Assembly (NCBI GenBank): GCA_937146725.1
Contig: CAKZRU010000142.1
Location: forward strand, 17,726 to 81,725
Reading direction: 5' to 3'
From: an uncultured Myxococcales bacterium
GTDB taxonomy: Bacteria > Myxococcota_A > Bradymonadia > UBA7976 > VGTA01
DNA length: 64,000 nucleotides
The translations under genes were made by a program, and so were the position numbers. This document shows, in pieces, positions 29,471 through 38,652 of the stretch (its first letter is position 1; the number at the start of each line of letters is the position of its first letter). The notes beneath the pieces were generated by a model. That model was given only the letters and a program-made list of their open reading frames with translations. It was not told where the DNA came from and searched no databases.

Positions 29471-30784
29471 GTGAAGAGTAAGGCTAAAAGCCGATTGGAG
29501 AAAAGCAACGTGAAGGAAGAGGCGAGCCCCACCCTGTTGTTGGTGGTGAATGTTGAGACAACATGCGATATTAGTAAACGCTTAGATCCTCGAGAAGTTA
29601 TCGAGTTATCTGTGGTTGCTTTAGATGGTCATACACTCTCGATGATTGCTAATTTCCAGCGCTTTGTTAGACCTGAGGTTCATCCTGAGTTAAGCCCTTT
29701 CTGTGTGGCTGAAACAGGTATTGGACAGGCTTATATTGATCAAAGTGAAGTCCTAGAGGATGTTCTTGAAGAACTCAGCCAATGGGTTGAGGAACTCACA
29801 GCAAACTCTGAGTTGATCCAAGTGTTTTCTTTTACCCACCCCCAATTACAGGTGCTTAAGCAGCAGGCCCAAGATGAAGAACTTGATCTGCCAATTTGGC
29901 TTGAAAGTTGGGTTAATCTATGTGCTACTTTTAAAAAGCATTTTCAGATCAACGGTTTCCAGACCCTTGATAAAGCTTTGGCTTATCTGGGAACCACCAC
30001 CGATGAAAGCGGAGAACCGGAGCAAACGGGTCTTGCAAAAGCCCATAATGCTACCAAACTTCTCATTGACCTTATAAAACTTGATGCCCGGATGGAAGCT
30101 GTGTCAGAACAAGATTCATATAAATCAGATAAACCTGCAGTCCAAGAAAAGCCAGGAGACTGGCGCTGTGATCGCTGCAATTTCTTAAACTTCGCTCGCC
30201 GTAATTTTTGCAAAGATTGCGGAGCCACAAAGCCAGGGTTTACACCTTCTCAAAATCAGAGAAGTGGTCAATTTACTCAGGGTCAATTTACTCAGGGTCA
30301 ATTTACTCAGGGTCAATTTACTCAGGGAGAAGGTCGACCTGGCGATTGGAAGTGTGAGCGCTGTAATTTTAATAACTTTGCTCGCCGTAATTTCTGCAAA
30401 GACTGTGGTGGTTCCCGTCCTGGCGGTGCACCACAAAGAACAGGTGGTGGCTATGGCGGTGGCGGCGGCGGCTACGGTGGTGGTGGCGGCGGCTACGGCG
30501 GTGGCGGCGGCTACGGCGGTGGTGGCGGCTACGGTGGCGGTGGCCAACAACGTGGTCAGCGTGGTCCAAGAATGAAGCCCGGCGATTGGCGCTGTCCTGA
30601 CTGTAGCTTTGTTAACTTTGCCCGGCGTAATTCTTGCAAAGATTGCGGTTGTGATCGCCCTGAGCGAGAATTAGGTGGCAATAGTGGTCGCCCAGGAGAT
30701 TGGAATTGTACTGGCTGCGGTTATCACAACTTTGCGTATCGTAAAGAATGTGGCCAATGCGATGGTCCAAAGACTGAAACCTAA
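29471..30784 (+). CDS. ERI1/DEDDh exonuclease-like domain (degenerate active site) fused to four RanBP2-type zinc fingers and a Gly/Tyr-rich region
   Basis: VVNVETTC, EVIEL, FQRFVRPEVHPELSPFC..ETGI.Q and WVNL...F (ERI1-like); four GDWxCxxCxxxNFAxRxxCxxC fingers; GTG start. Confidence 0.88.
   Translation: MKSKAKSRLEKSNVKEEASPTLLLVVNVETTCDISKRLDPREVIELSVVALDGHTLSMIANFQRFVRPEVHPELSPFCVAETGIGQAYIDQSEVLEDVLEELSQWVEELTANSELIQVFSFTHPQLQVLKQQAQDEELDLPIWLESWVNLCATFKKHFQINGFQTLDKALAYLGTTTDESGEPEQTGLAKAHNATKLLIDLIKLDARMEAVSEQDSYKSDKPAVQEKPGDWRCDRCNFLNFARRNFCKDCGATKPGFTPSQNQRSGQFTQGQFTQGQFTQGQFTQGEGRPGDWKCERCNFNNFARRNFCKDCGGSRPGGAPQRTGGGYGGGGGGYGGGGGGYGGGGGYGGGGGYGGGGQQRGQRGPRMKPGDWRCPDCSFVNFARRNSCKDCGCDRPERELGGNSGRPGDWNCTGCGYHNFAYRKECGQCDGPKTET
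30266..30325 (+). repeat. 15-bp perfect tandem repeat x4 (GQFTQ)
   Basis: ggtcaatttactcag x4, in frame between zinc fingers 1 and 2. Confidence 0.97.
30443..30545 (+). repeat. Low-complexity (G)nY-encoding repeat
   Basis: ggc/ggt runs interrupted by five tac/tat codons, between zinc fingers 2 and 3. Confidence 0.9.
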
Positions 30785-30785
30785 G

Positions 30786-31559
30786 ATGCAAGTCGCTCAT
30801 ACGCCTTCCCTTTGCGGAGTTCTTAGCGATATTGATGACACTCTTACCTGGGAAGGTCGTTTGGTACCTAGTGCCTTCGCAAAACTTCATGAGCTACAAG
30901 AGCAGGGCGTAAAGGTTGTTTTAGTGACCGGCCGACCAGCAGGTTGGGTAGATCATATCGCCCGCATGTGGCCGGTTGATGCTGTTGTTGGTGAAAATGG
31001 TGGTTTGTGGGCTTATATGGAAGATGGTAAGCTTGTTCAACGCTATTTTGCCTCGGCAGCAGAAAGAGCTCAAAGTAGAGTAAAGCTTGCACAGCTCTCC
31101 CAAGAGATTTTAGCCCGCTATCCAGGAGCCGGTCTTGCTTCCGATCAATCATACAGAGCCTTAGATCTAGCCATCGACTTCTGTGAAGATGTTCCACCAT
31201 TGGCTGATGAGCAAGTACAAGGTATCTTACAATGCTTCTTAGATGCCGGTGCTCATGCTAAAATCTCATCAATTCATGTAAACGGTTGGTTTGGCCATTG
31301 GAATAAGCTTGATGGTGTGAGACAACTCTTTAAAGAGCTTTGGGATTTAGACTTAGCCACTCAGTTGGATAAATGGGTATATTTTGGTGATTCGGCGAAT
31401 GATGAACCTATGTTTGAAGCTTTTAAATATAGTGTTGGTGTCGCCAATATTGCTCCTTTTTTAGAACAGATGCACTTTCACCCAAAATGGATTACCCAAG
31501 CCAATGGCGGAATGGGATTTTGTGAAGGCATTGATGCATTAAGTTTGGTGACAAAATAG
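30786..31559 (+). CDS. HAD-IIB family hydrolase
   Basis: DIDDTLT, VTGR, ENGG, K, GDSANDEPMF and SVGVANI motifs; start moved to ATG 30786 just after the upstream stop. Confidence 0.92.
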   Translation: MQVAHTPSLCGVLSDIDDTLTWEGRLVPSAFAKLHELQEQGVKVVLVTGRPAGWVDHIARMWPVDAVVGENGGLWAYMEDGKLVQRYFASAAERAQSRVKLAQLSQEILARYPGAGLASDQSYRALDLAIDFCEDVPPLADEQVQGILQCFLDAGAHAKISSIHVNGWFGHWNKLDGVRQLFKELWDLDLATQLDKWVYFGDSANDEPMFEAFKYSVGVANIAPFLEQMHFHPKWITQANGGMGFCEGIDALSLVTK

Positions 31560-31614
31560 TCAGTCTTTAATGGTTTTCCAACCTGTTTGTGGTGAGTGAT
31601 AAAGGAGATCTTAG

Positions 31615-31953
31615 GTGAGAATTGCTTTAAATCAACAACAAAAAGGCCTACAAAGAGCTCAGTCTCAAGTCAACGTAGCGGCTCATCGCATCGCCAAATG
31701 GGGCCTCTCTGAGACTCACTCTTCTGATACTCTCAGCATTGATGGAATTGAACGACCTAGAAAGGTTCTCGATCAAGTCTGGGGAGGGCAGAATAAGCTT
31801 GATCCCAATATAGATTTGGGTGAAGAGGCAATTCGCTTAAAGTCAGCCGAATGGGCCTTTAGAGCAAATATTGCTGCCACAAGGACTGTTTTGGATATGG
31901 AGCGTATCGCGGCTAACCTAGGTGCTGACGAGCCCAAAGATCCTAAGGCATAG
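31615..31953 (+). CDS. Small orphan protein with flagellar basal-body rod/hook terminal-helix signatures
   Basis: GLQRAQSQVNVAAHRIA and IDLGEEAIRLKSAEWAFRANIAATRTVLDM resemble Flg_bb_rod/Flg_bbr_C; AAGGAG RBS. Confidence 0.7.
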   Translation: MRIALNQQQKGLQRAQSQVNVAAHRIAKWGLSETHSSDTLSIDGIERPRKVLDQVWGGQNKLDPNIDLGEEAIRLKSAEWAFRANIAATRTVLDMERIAANLGADEPKDPKA

Positions 31954-31968
31954 AAAAAGCTGAGAACT

Positions 31969-33192
31969 TTGAAGTTATTTGCTAAGACTCGTCTTAATCA
32001 GCATAGCTTAAGTTTTGCTTTGCAACTGAGTATCTATAGCTGCTTGTTAGTCCCTTTGCTTATCCCTAAAATGAGCTTTGGTCAGTCATTAGAATCTGCA
32101 TCCAACTCCGTTGATGCTGTCGAAATGAATGTGCCCAAAACCTTATCTCGTACCCAACTTTCCCGACGCCTTCGAAAAATCTTAGCCGATGGAGAAAAGC
32201 TTACGGTAACCCAGGTGACTGAAGGTATGCTCAAACTCATTGTGCAGGACTTAAGTTACCTAAAGGTAAAGCTCATCAATCCAATGGTGATTCGTGGTGT
32301 TATTCCCAAAGCGCCTCTCAGCGCAACAATGGCCTCATGGGCAGAATCTAGATTGAGCTCTTTAATACACCAAGAGAGCTCCATTATGCTTCGAGAGTGT
32401 ATTTCTTGTAAACGTCAAGTCACTAAGGTTGATGAGCAACGCTTTGTATTTACTTATGGCAACTTACAAAACAATGAAAATTCATCTGTAAATACCGATA
32501 CAAAATTTCAGTCAGCTTTAGATATTACCCTGACTTGGTCAGCAAGCCGTATGATCATGATTGCACATGCGCGACTGCTTTCTGCACAAGGTGAATTACT
32601 ATGGAATGAGTCATATCGATCGGGAGATTTTGGTGCGCTTGCCAAGCGTGGGATCGGTAATCAAAAAGACGAGACATCCATTGCTAAATATCAAAAGTTA
32701 GCCACAATCCCTGATGACCAATTTTTAGATCTCAAAGAAATTGATTTTGGAGTCGCTCTCAGATCAGGTCAAGGAAGTACTAACAATGTACTCGCAAAAG
32801 TTGGAGCAGGCTATGGCGTATTTTTTGGGGGACAAGATCAATATCTTTTAATGCTCAAAGGAATGATGAGTTTTAATAATCTTTTCTTTACTGATGTTAA
32901 ATTAGAATTTCGAAGGCGTTTAAGCGAGCTTTCAACCAGCACAATGGTAGCAACTCCAAGCATCAAGCAAAGAGCAATGCTCGCAAGTCAAGGTCTGTGG
33001 CTTAAAGCGATGTTAGGCATACCATTTTCACCGTTTATTACAGGAAAGTCTTTTGGTTTCGGCCTTCTTTACATGACGCCTTATCGAATTGGTATAGCCG
33101 GAAATATGCTTTATGCTTTTGAATTTGATGAAAGAGAAGATCCGGCTCCTGGTGGTTTTGGAGCAGATTTAAACTTAGTGATTAACTTTTAA
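31969..33192 (+). CDS. Exported hypothetical protein, possibly with a C-terminal outer-membrane beta-barrel
   Basis: Signal-like N-terminus; Gly/aromatic alternating strands; C-terminal LNLVINF beta-signal-like end. Confidence 0.65.
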   Translation: MKLFAKTRLNQHSLSFALQLSIYSCLLVPLLIPKMSFGQSLESASNSVDAVEMNVPKTLSRTQLSRRLRKILADGEKLTVTQVTEGMLKLIVQDLSYLKVKLINPMVIRGVIPKAPLSATMASWAESRLSSLIHQESSIMLRECISCKRQVTKVDEQRFVFTYGNLQNNENSSVNTDTKFQSALDITLTWSASRMIMIAHARLLSAQGELLWNESYRSGDFGALAKRGIGNQKDETSIAKYQKLATIPDDQFLDLKEIDFGVALRSGQGSTNNVLAKVGAGYGVFFGGQDQYLLMLKGMMSFNNLFFTDVKLEFRRRLSELSTSTMVATPSIKQRAMLASQGLWLKAMLGIPFSPFITGKSFGFGLLYMTPYRIGIAGNMLYAFEFDEREDPAPGGFGADLNLVINF

Positions 33193-33195
33193 TCA

Positions 33196-33215
33196 AACTT
33201 GCTCAAAAGCGAGTT
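33196..33215. terminator. Short hairpin between convergent genes
   Basis: aacttgct-caaa-agcgagtt in the 27-bp gap between the 33192 stop and the rodA stop. Confidence 0.4.
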
Positions 33216-33219
33216 CAAG

Positions 33220-34308
33220 CTAACGTTCAAAAACTTGCCTCTGTCCATGGCATGCTAGAACAAGTCCTAGAGCAATAAAGACAGTCACCAATGAAGTTCC
33301 ACCATAACTCAAAATAGGAAGTGTTACTCCGGTCACCGGTAAAAGATTAAGAACCATCCCTACATTCATCATAATATGCCAAAAGAAAAAGGCAGCAATG
33401 CCCAAAGCTAAATGCTTACTAAAGCGATCCCGAGCCGTATAAACCGTATACATGATCGATAAGAGCAGAGCTAAATATAATAAAAGAGTAAAGGAGCTTC
33501 CTAAAAAACCATGTTCTTCAGCTAACTTGGCAAAAACAAAGTCGGTGTGATTTTCAGGTAAAAAACCTCCAGCCACCTGTGTACCTAAGCCCTTACCTTG
33601 ACCGGTAAGCCCTCCGGAGCCTACACTTACTTGCGACTGATATGAATGCCAGCCGGCTCCAAGTTTATCGACTTTGCCATCAATTAAAGTCAAAATTCGT
33701 TCTTTTTGGTATCGTTTCAATAAAAATTGCCAAGCAATCGGCAGAAACATGACAGCTGCAATGATAAGACCGATTAAACTTTTACGATCAAAGCGTTCGA
33801 TCATACACATACTTAAAGTAATTAACATAAGCATCAAAGTATGACCTAGGTCAGGCTCAATAAACACCAAGAACATCGGTAAGCCAATTAAGCTAGCAAT
33901 GACCAAAATATCACTTAAAATATAGTTTGGCTTGGTATAACGCTGAAACCAAGCAGCTAAGGAAATAATTAAACCAAGCTTGGCAAGTTCAGAGGGTTGA
34001 AAGTTAAAAAAGCCTAGGTCGATCCAACGTCTAGAACCATTGACAACTTTTCCAATCAATAAAACTAATACAAGTAAGCTGTTCATTATAATATAAACGA
34101 TTGGTGCTAAGCGTCTTAAGTAATGAAGATCAACCAACGAAAATATAATCATTATGGGGGTAGCAATACCAAACCACTTTAGCTGCTGAATATGCATATT
34201 GTTAATGTGGGGCCCAACAGTACCCTCAAGGTTATAAATACTTAATGAACACAGTAAAAATAGAACAAAAAGTAACCCCCAATGTATACTTTGAGGCCGT
34301 CTAAACAT
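33220..34308 (-). CDS. rodA: Rod shape-determining SEDS glycosyltransferase RodA
   Basis: GSRRWI, FQPSELAK, EPDLG, LPENHTDF, EEHGFLG and PVTGVTLPILSYGGTS motifs; follows mrdA. Confidence 0.96.
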   Translation of the reverse strand: MFRRPQSIHWGLLFVLFLLCSLSIYNLEGTVGPHINNMHIQQLKWFGIATPIMIIFSLVDLHYLRRLAPIVYIIMNSLLVLVLLIGKVVNGSRRWIDLGFFNFQPSELAKLGLIISLAAWFQRYTKPNYILSDILVIASLIGLPMFLVFIEPDLGHTLMLMLITLSMCMIERFDRKSLIGLIIAAVMFLPIAWQFLLKRYQKERILTLIDGKVDKLGAGWHSYQSQVSVGSGGLTGQGKGLGTQVAGGFLPENHTDFVFAKLAEEHGFLGSSFTLLLYLALLLSIMYTVYTARDRFSKHLALGIAAFFFWHIMMNVGMVLNLLPVTGVTLPILSYGGTSLVTVFIALGLVLACHGQRQVFER

Positions 34309-34389
34309 GCTTCATCCCTGACTAAGTGTATATAATTAGCGTAAAGCTAACTCATCTAGCATAAAGCTAAATCATAACAAGATGTCTGA

Positions 34390-36294
34390 TTATAGACTAC
34401 TCTGATTCGAGCCTGCTTGATAAGGCTTAACATCAAGTCTGGCTTGAGTATCAAAGATTGGTTCAATTTCTTGATGGTATCCTTCAATGACTTTACGAGC
34501 AATTGGGGCTGCATCTTTGCCACCACTACCGCCGTGCTCTAAGAAAACAATCACTGTTAATCGCGGTGATTCATAAGGTGCAAAGCCGGCAAACCATGCA
34601 TGATCTCGATCTCGCCAACGTTGCTCTCTTTGCTTATGATTACCACGGATGATGGTCTTAACTTGAGCGGTACCGGTTTTACCCGCCACCTTGCCCATTG
34701 GTACAGCGGCTCTATATCCGGTTGCTCGTTTAGGATCATTCACTGCACGTTCAAGAGATTTACGGATCATGTTAACATGATATGGGTTAGCCTCTAATCG
34801 CTTAACCATCTCAGGATTGTAACGTTCTAAAATATCACCTTGTATATTTTGGCTATTGAGTAACAATTGAGGTCGATAAACAATACCATGATTAGCTAAA
34901 GCACTAAAAGTTACAGCCATTTGTAATGGAGATGTTTGAACTGCACCTTGTCCAATCGCTGAACTCAAGCTTAGACCATGTTGAAAACCACCACGAGTAT
35001 GCTGATCGTGGTATTCTCGTGTAGGCACGATTCCTTTTGACTCGCCATTAAGCGTCAGCATTCTTTCACCGAGTCCAAAGTTTTTTGCATATTGTGCTAA
35101 GGTGTTGATCCCTAAACGCTCGCCGAGCTTATAAAAATAAACATCCGCAGAGGCAGCCATAGCACCGTTTAAGTCAACACGTCCATGGCCACTTAGCTTA
35201 TGGCAGTGAAAAACACGATTGCCATACTCATAGGCACCTGGAGACTCAATGGGAAGTTCTGGATCAAGAATCCCTTCTTCCATAGCCGCAAGTGCAGTGA
35301 CTACTTTGTAAATAGAGCCAGGAAAAAATGAATGAACTGATTTATCGATCAAAGGCTTAAAGGGATTTTCATCTACTTTTTTCTTGATCGTTTTAGTTAA
35401 TCTACCAGACCAGACATTTGGGTCAAAGCTTGGTTTGGACACGCTACCCAAAAGCTCGCCTGTTCTAGGGTCCATGAGCACAATAGAGCCAGATTCATAT
35501 CCATCCAAAGCACGGTAGAGCATTGCCTGAACATGAGCATCAACACTTAAAACTAAATCTTGCCCACGAACTGCAGGCTTAAGATATGAGACTCTTTGAC
35601 TCACTTCTTGTGCCCAAAAGTCTGTCGATTTTTTGCCCTTCACATCAACAACATAACGTTCAACACCATGCTGTCCTTGCAATAGATGGTCGTATAATTT
35701 CTCAGCACCATAACGGCCGACCATTTGATTTGCAAAAATATTGCGTGTTTTAACTTCTTGAGCCGTTGGATTCCCCAAATAGCCAACTAGGTGGGCACCC
35801 ACTTCACCCTCTGGATAAACTCTTTGGTATCTGACATTAACAGATAGTCCACCAAGCCGTGCACTTAATGCTTCAACAGCAGCAACTTGCGATCGACTTA
35901 TATCGGTAGCGAGTTTGTGTTTGCTATGGCTTTTAGCATCGATAACATCAGATAACTCTAGTCGATCCAAAGCATCAAGTTCTAAAATCTCTGAAATCTG
36001 TTCTAAAAAGCTATGCTTATCTTTAACCCGTCTTGGAGATAAATAAACATCAAATGTCGGTTTATTTGTCGCAAGTATACGGCCTTTACGATCAAAGATT
36101 GTTCCACGATCAGCGATTAAGATATGATCTTTAGTATAGTTATCTTGAGCGATTTGACTATGATCTTCATACTCTAAAACTTGCAACTGTACTAAACGTA
36201 AAATAAGTACAAATATTGCGGTTGTAAACATTAAGGAAATGCCAAATAGCCTCTGATTTTGATTGATTGAGGAGGCTTCTATAAATGTTGGCAT
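34390..36294 (-). CDS. mrdA: Penicillin-binding protein 2
   Basis: RGTIFDRKG, RVYP, PGSIYK (SxxK), SADVYFY and KTGTAQ motifs; AAGGAG RBS. Confidence 0.95.
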   Translation of the reverse strand: MPTFIEASSINQNQRLFGISLMFTTAIFVLILRLVQLQVLEYEDHSQIAQDNYTKDHILIADRGTIFDRKGRILATNKPTFDVYLSPRRVKDKHSFLEQISEILELDALDRLELSDVIDAKSHSKHKLATDISRSQVAAVEALSARLGGLSVNVRYQRVYPEGEVGAHLVGYLGNPTAQEVKTRNIFANQMVGRYGAEKLYDHLLQGQHGVERYVVDVKGKKSTDFWAQEVSQRVSYLKPAVRGQDLVLSVDAHVQAMLYRALDGYESGSIVLMDPRTGELLGSVSKPSFDPNVWSGRLTKTIKKKVDENPFKPLIDKSVHSFFPGSIYKVVTALAAMEEGILDPELPIESPGAYEYGNRVFHCHKLSGHGRVDLNGAMAASADVYFYKLGERLGINTLAQYAKNFGLGERMLTLNGESKGIVPTREYHDQHTRGGFQHGLSLSSAIGQGAVQTSPLQMAVTFSALANHGIVYRPQLLLNSQNIQGDILERYNPEMVKRLEANPYHVNMIRKSLERAVNDPKRATGYRAAVPMGKVAGKTGTAQVKTIIRGNHKQREQRWRDRDHAWFAGFAPYESPRLTVIVFLEHGGSGGKDAAPIARKVIEGYHQEIEPIFDTQARLDVKPYQAGSNQSSL

Positions 36295-36505
36295 TGACGC
36301 TCCTTAAAACTGACTAAAAAGAATACTTTAGTAAAAATTACAAGCTCGTTATGAGTCGTGAACTTAACAAAAAAGCACTTGTGAGCCAAGCCTATTTTCA
36401 TAGAGAATATAATATTTTTTGCTGAATTATTTCAGGCATTTAACCTACGTACAGCAATCTGAAATACATACACCTACATATCATTACATTAAGTTAGTTG
36501 ATATA

Positions 36506-37456
36506 TTATGGGGATGATTTTTCTGTAATCTTGCTCAAATTTTTTTGAGCAGATGGAACTGAAATGATCGCGACTAAAGAAATGGAGCTTTTGTTTAGAG
36601 GAGAAGTAAGTAATGCTGACTGAAATAAACCATTTTCATCGATTTGAGCTTGTACAACCTCACCCACTGTTAAAGGACTAAGAGTCGGTATGGTAGCGAT
36701 AGTTGAACTTTCTTTGCCAAAAGGTCGTTTTCGAACCAATAAAGCTCGCTCTCCAACAACTGCCGGCGTGACACGCTCTAAATATTTCAGTTCTATTGTG
36801 GCCTCTTCGTATCTTCCTGTATTTAATTTAATCGATCTGTTGCCCAGTCCAATCGCAACGCCTCTCACACCACTTTTTTCTAACACCACTTCAAAGCTAG
36901 ACTGCTTACTCTCCACAGGAATCAGATTAAAACAGTCATTATTAATCTCTGAGATTTCTCCAATGAGTACTCCTTGGCTGACGACCAAGTCACCAGATTT
37001 AATTTTAAGTGTACTGTTCATCAGGCTACGCTTGAGCAAGCAGACTTGAGTGTGTGAATCAAGTGGATAAGCATGGCTAAGCTCAGCAAGTTCAAAGTTG
37101 GTCACTCGTAAGGAGCGTAAAAAATTATTTAGCTTTTCAGCATCGTCAAGAAAGTTAAGTTTGCTCTGTAAATCTCTTAGCTTAATCTCTAAGCTTTCTC
37201 TTTCTTGCATGCATAACTTAACTTTAGTTTGCTCATTGGGCACTAACTTGACCTTTGATTCTGTGTTAGAGATCAAGTCTGTACTTTGGTTCTTCGCCGT
37301 GTCTAGCGAATCTAGCTCAGTCAATGGATGATTAGATTGGGAATAGCCTATAAAAACACCTAGGCCAATCCATATTAGGGCCAAACTAATGTGCTTTAGC
37401 CAAACGCGTGTTAAAGAGGATGAAGGAACATAAGCCGATTGGGATCTAAACATCAT
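36506..37456 (-). CDS. mreC: Divergent rod shape-determining protein MreC
   Basis: Position between mreB and mrdA; TM, coiled coil and beta domain (VVSQGVLIGEI, VRGVAIG, VGEV, GLFQSA). Confidence 0.7.
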   Translation of the reverse strand: MMFRSQSAYVPSSSLTRVWLKHISLALIWIGLGVFIGYSQSNHPLTELDSLDTAKNQSTDLISNTESKVKLVPNEQTKVKLCMQERESLEIKLRDLQSKLNFLDDAEKLNNFLRSLRVTNFELAELSHAYPLDSHTQVCLLKRSLMNSTLKIKSGDLVVSQGVLIGEISEINNDCFNLIPVESKQSSFEVVLEKSGVRGVAIGLGNRSIKLNTGRYEEATIELKYLERVTPAVVGERALLVRKRPFGKESSTIATIPTLSPLTVGEVVQAQIDENGLFQSALLTSPLNKSSISLVAIISVPSAQKNLSKITEKSSP

Positions 37457-37516
37457 CTCATTCTACTCAATAAAAACTTTTCATCATAAAAACTTTTCAT
37501 GAGTATGGAAAAGCGA

Positions 37517-38536
<1,020 letters not shown>

Positions 38537-38578
38537 TTACCTCTACTAATAGCGAAATTGAATCGCTAGTCCCAATTT

Positions 38579-38615
38579 AAGATCCCGAGTAAAGATCCCG
38601 AGTAAAGATCCCGAG
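38579..38615. repeat. 13-bp tandem repeat, about 3 copies, in the mreB upstream region
   Basis: aagatcccgagta x2 plus aagatcccgag. Confidence 0.9.
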
Positions 38616-38652
38616 CTAAGAGTTCATCAAAGAATGTGTTTAGAACGAATCT

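Noticed and set aside
30185..30575. Ala/Val-rich, His/Arg-rich and VNLLR-repeat ORFs in other frames
   Set aside because: They are frame shadows of the GGY and GQFTQ repeats; the zinc-finger frame carries the conserved motifs.
30675..30785. N-terminal 37 codons of the listed HAD ORF
   Set aside because: They overlap zinc finger 4 of the upstream gene; ATG 30786 right after the stop is a better start.
36295..36505. mreD or an mreD pseudogene in the mreC-mrdA gap
   Set aside because: The gap is 211 bp with only short ORFs and no multi-TM character.
38579..38615. 13-bp repeats as iterons or a mini-CRISPR
   Set aside because: There are only about three contiguous copies and no rep or cas gene; they fit the general tandem-duplication pattern.
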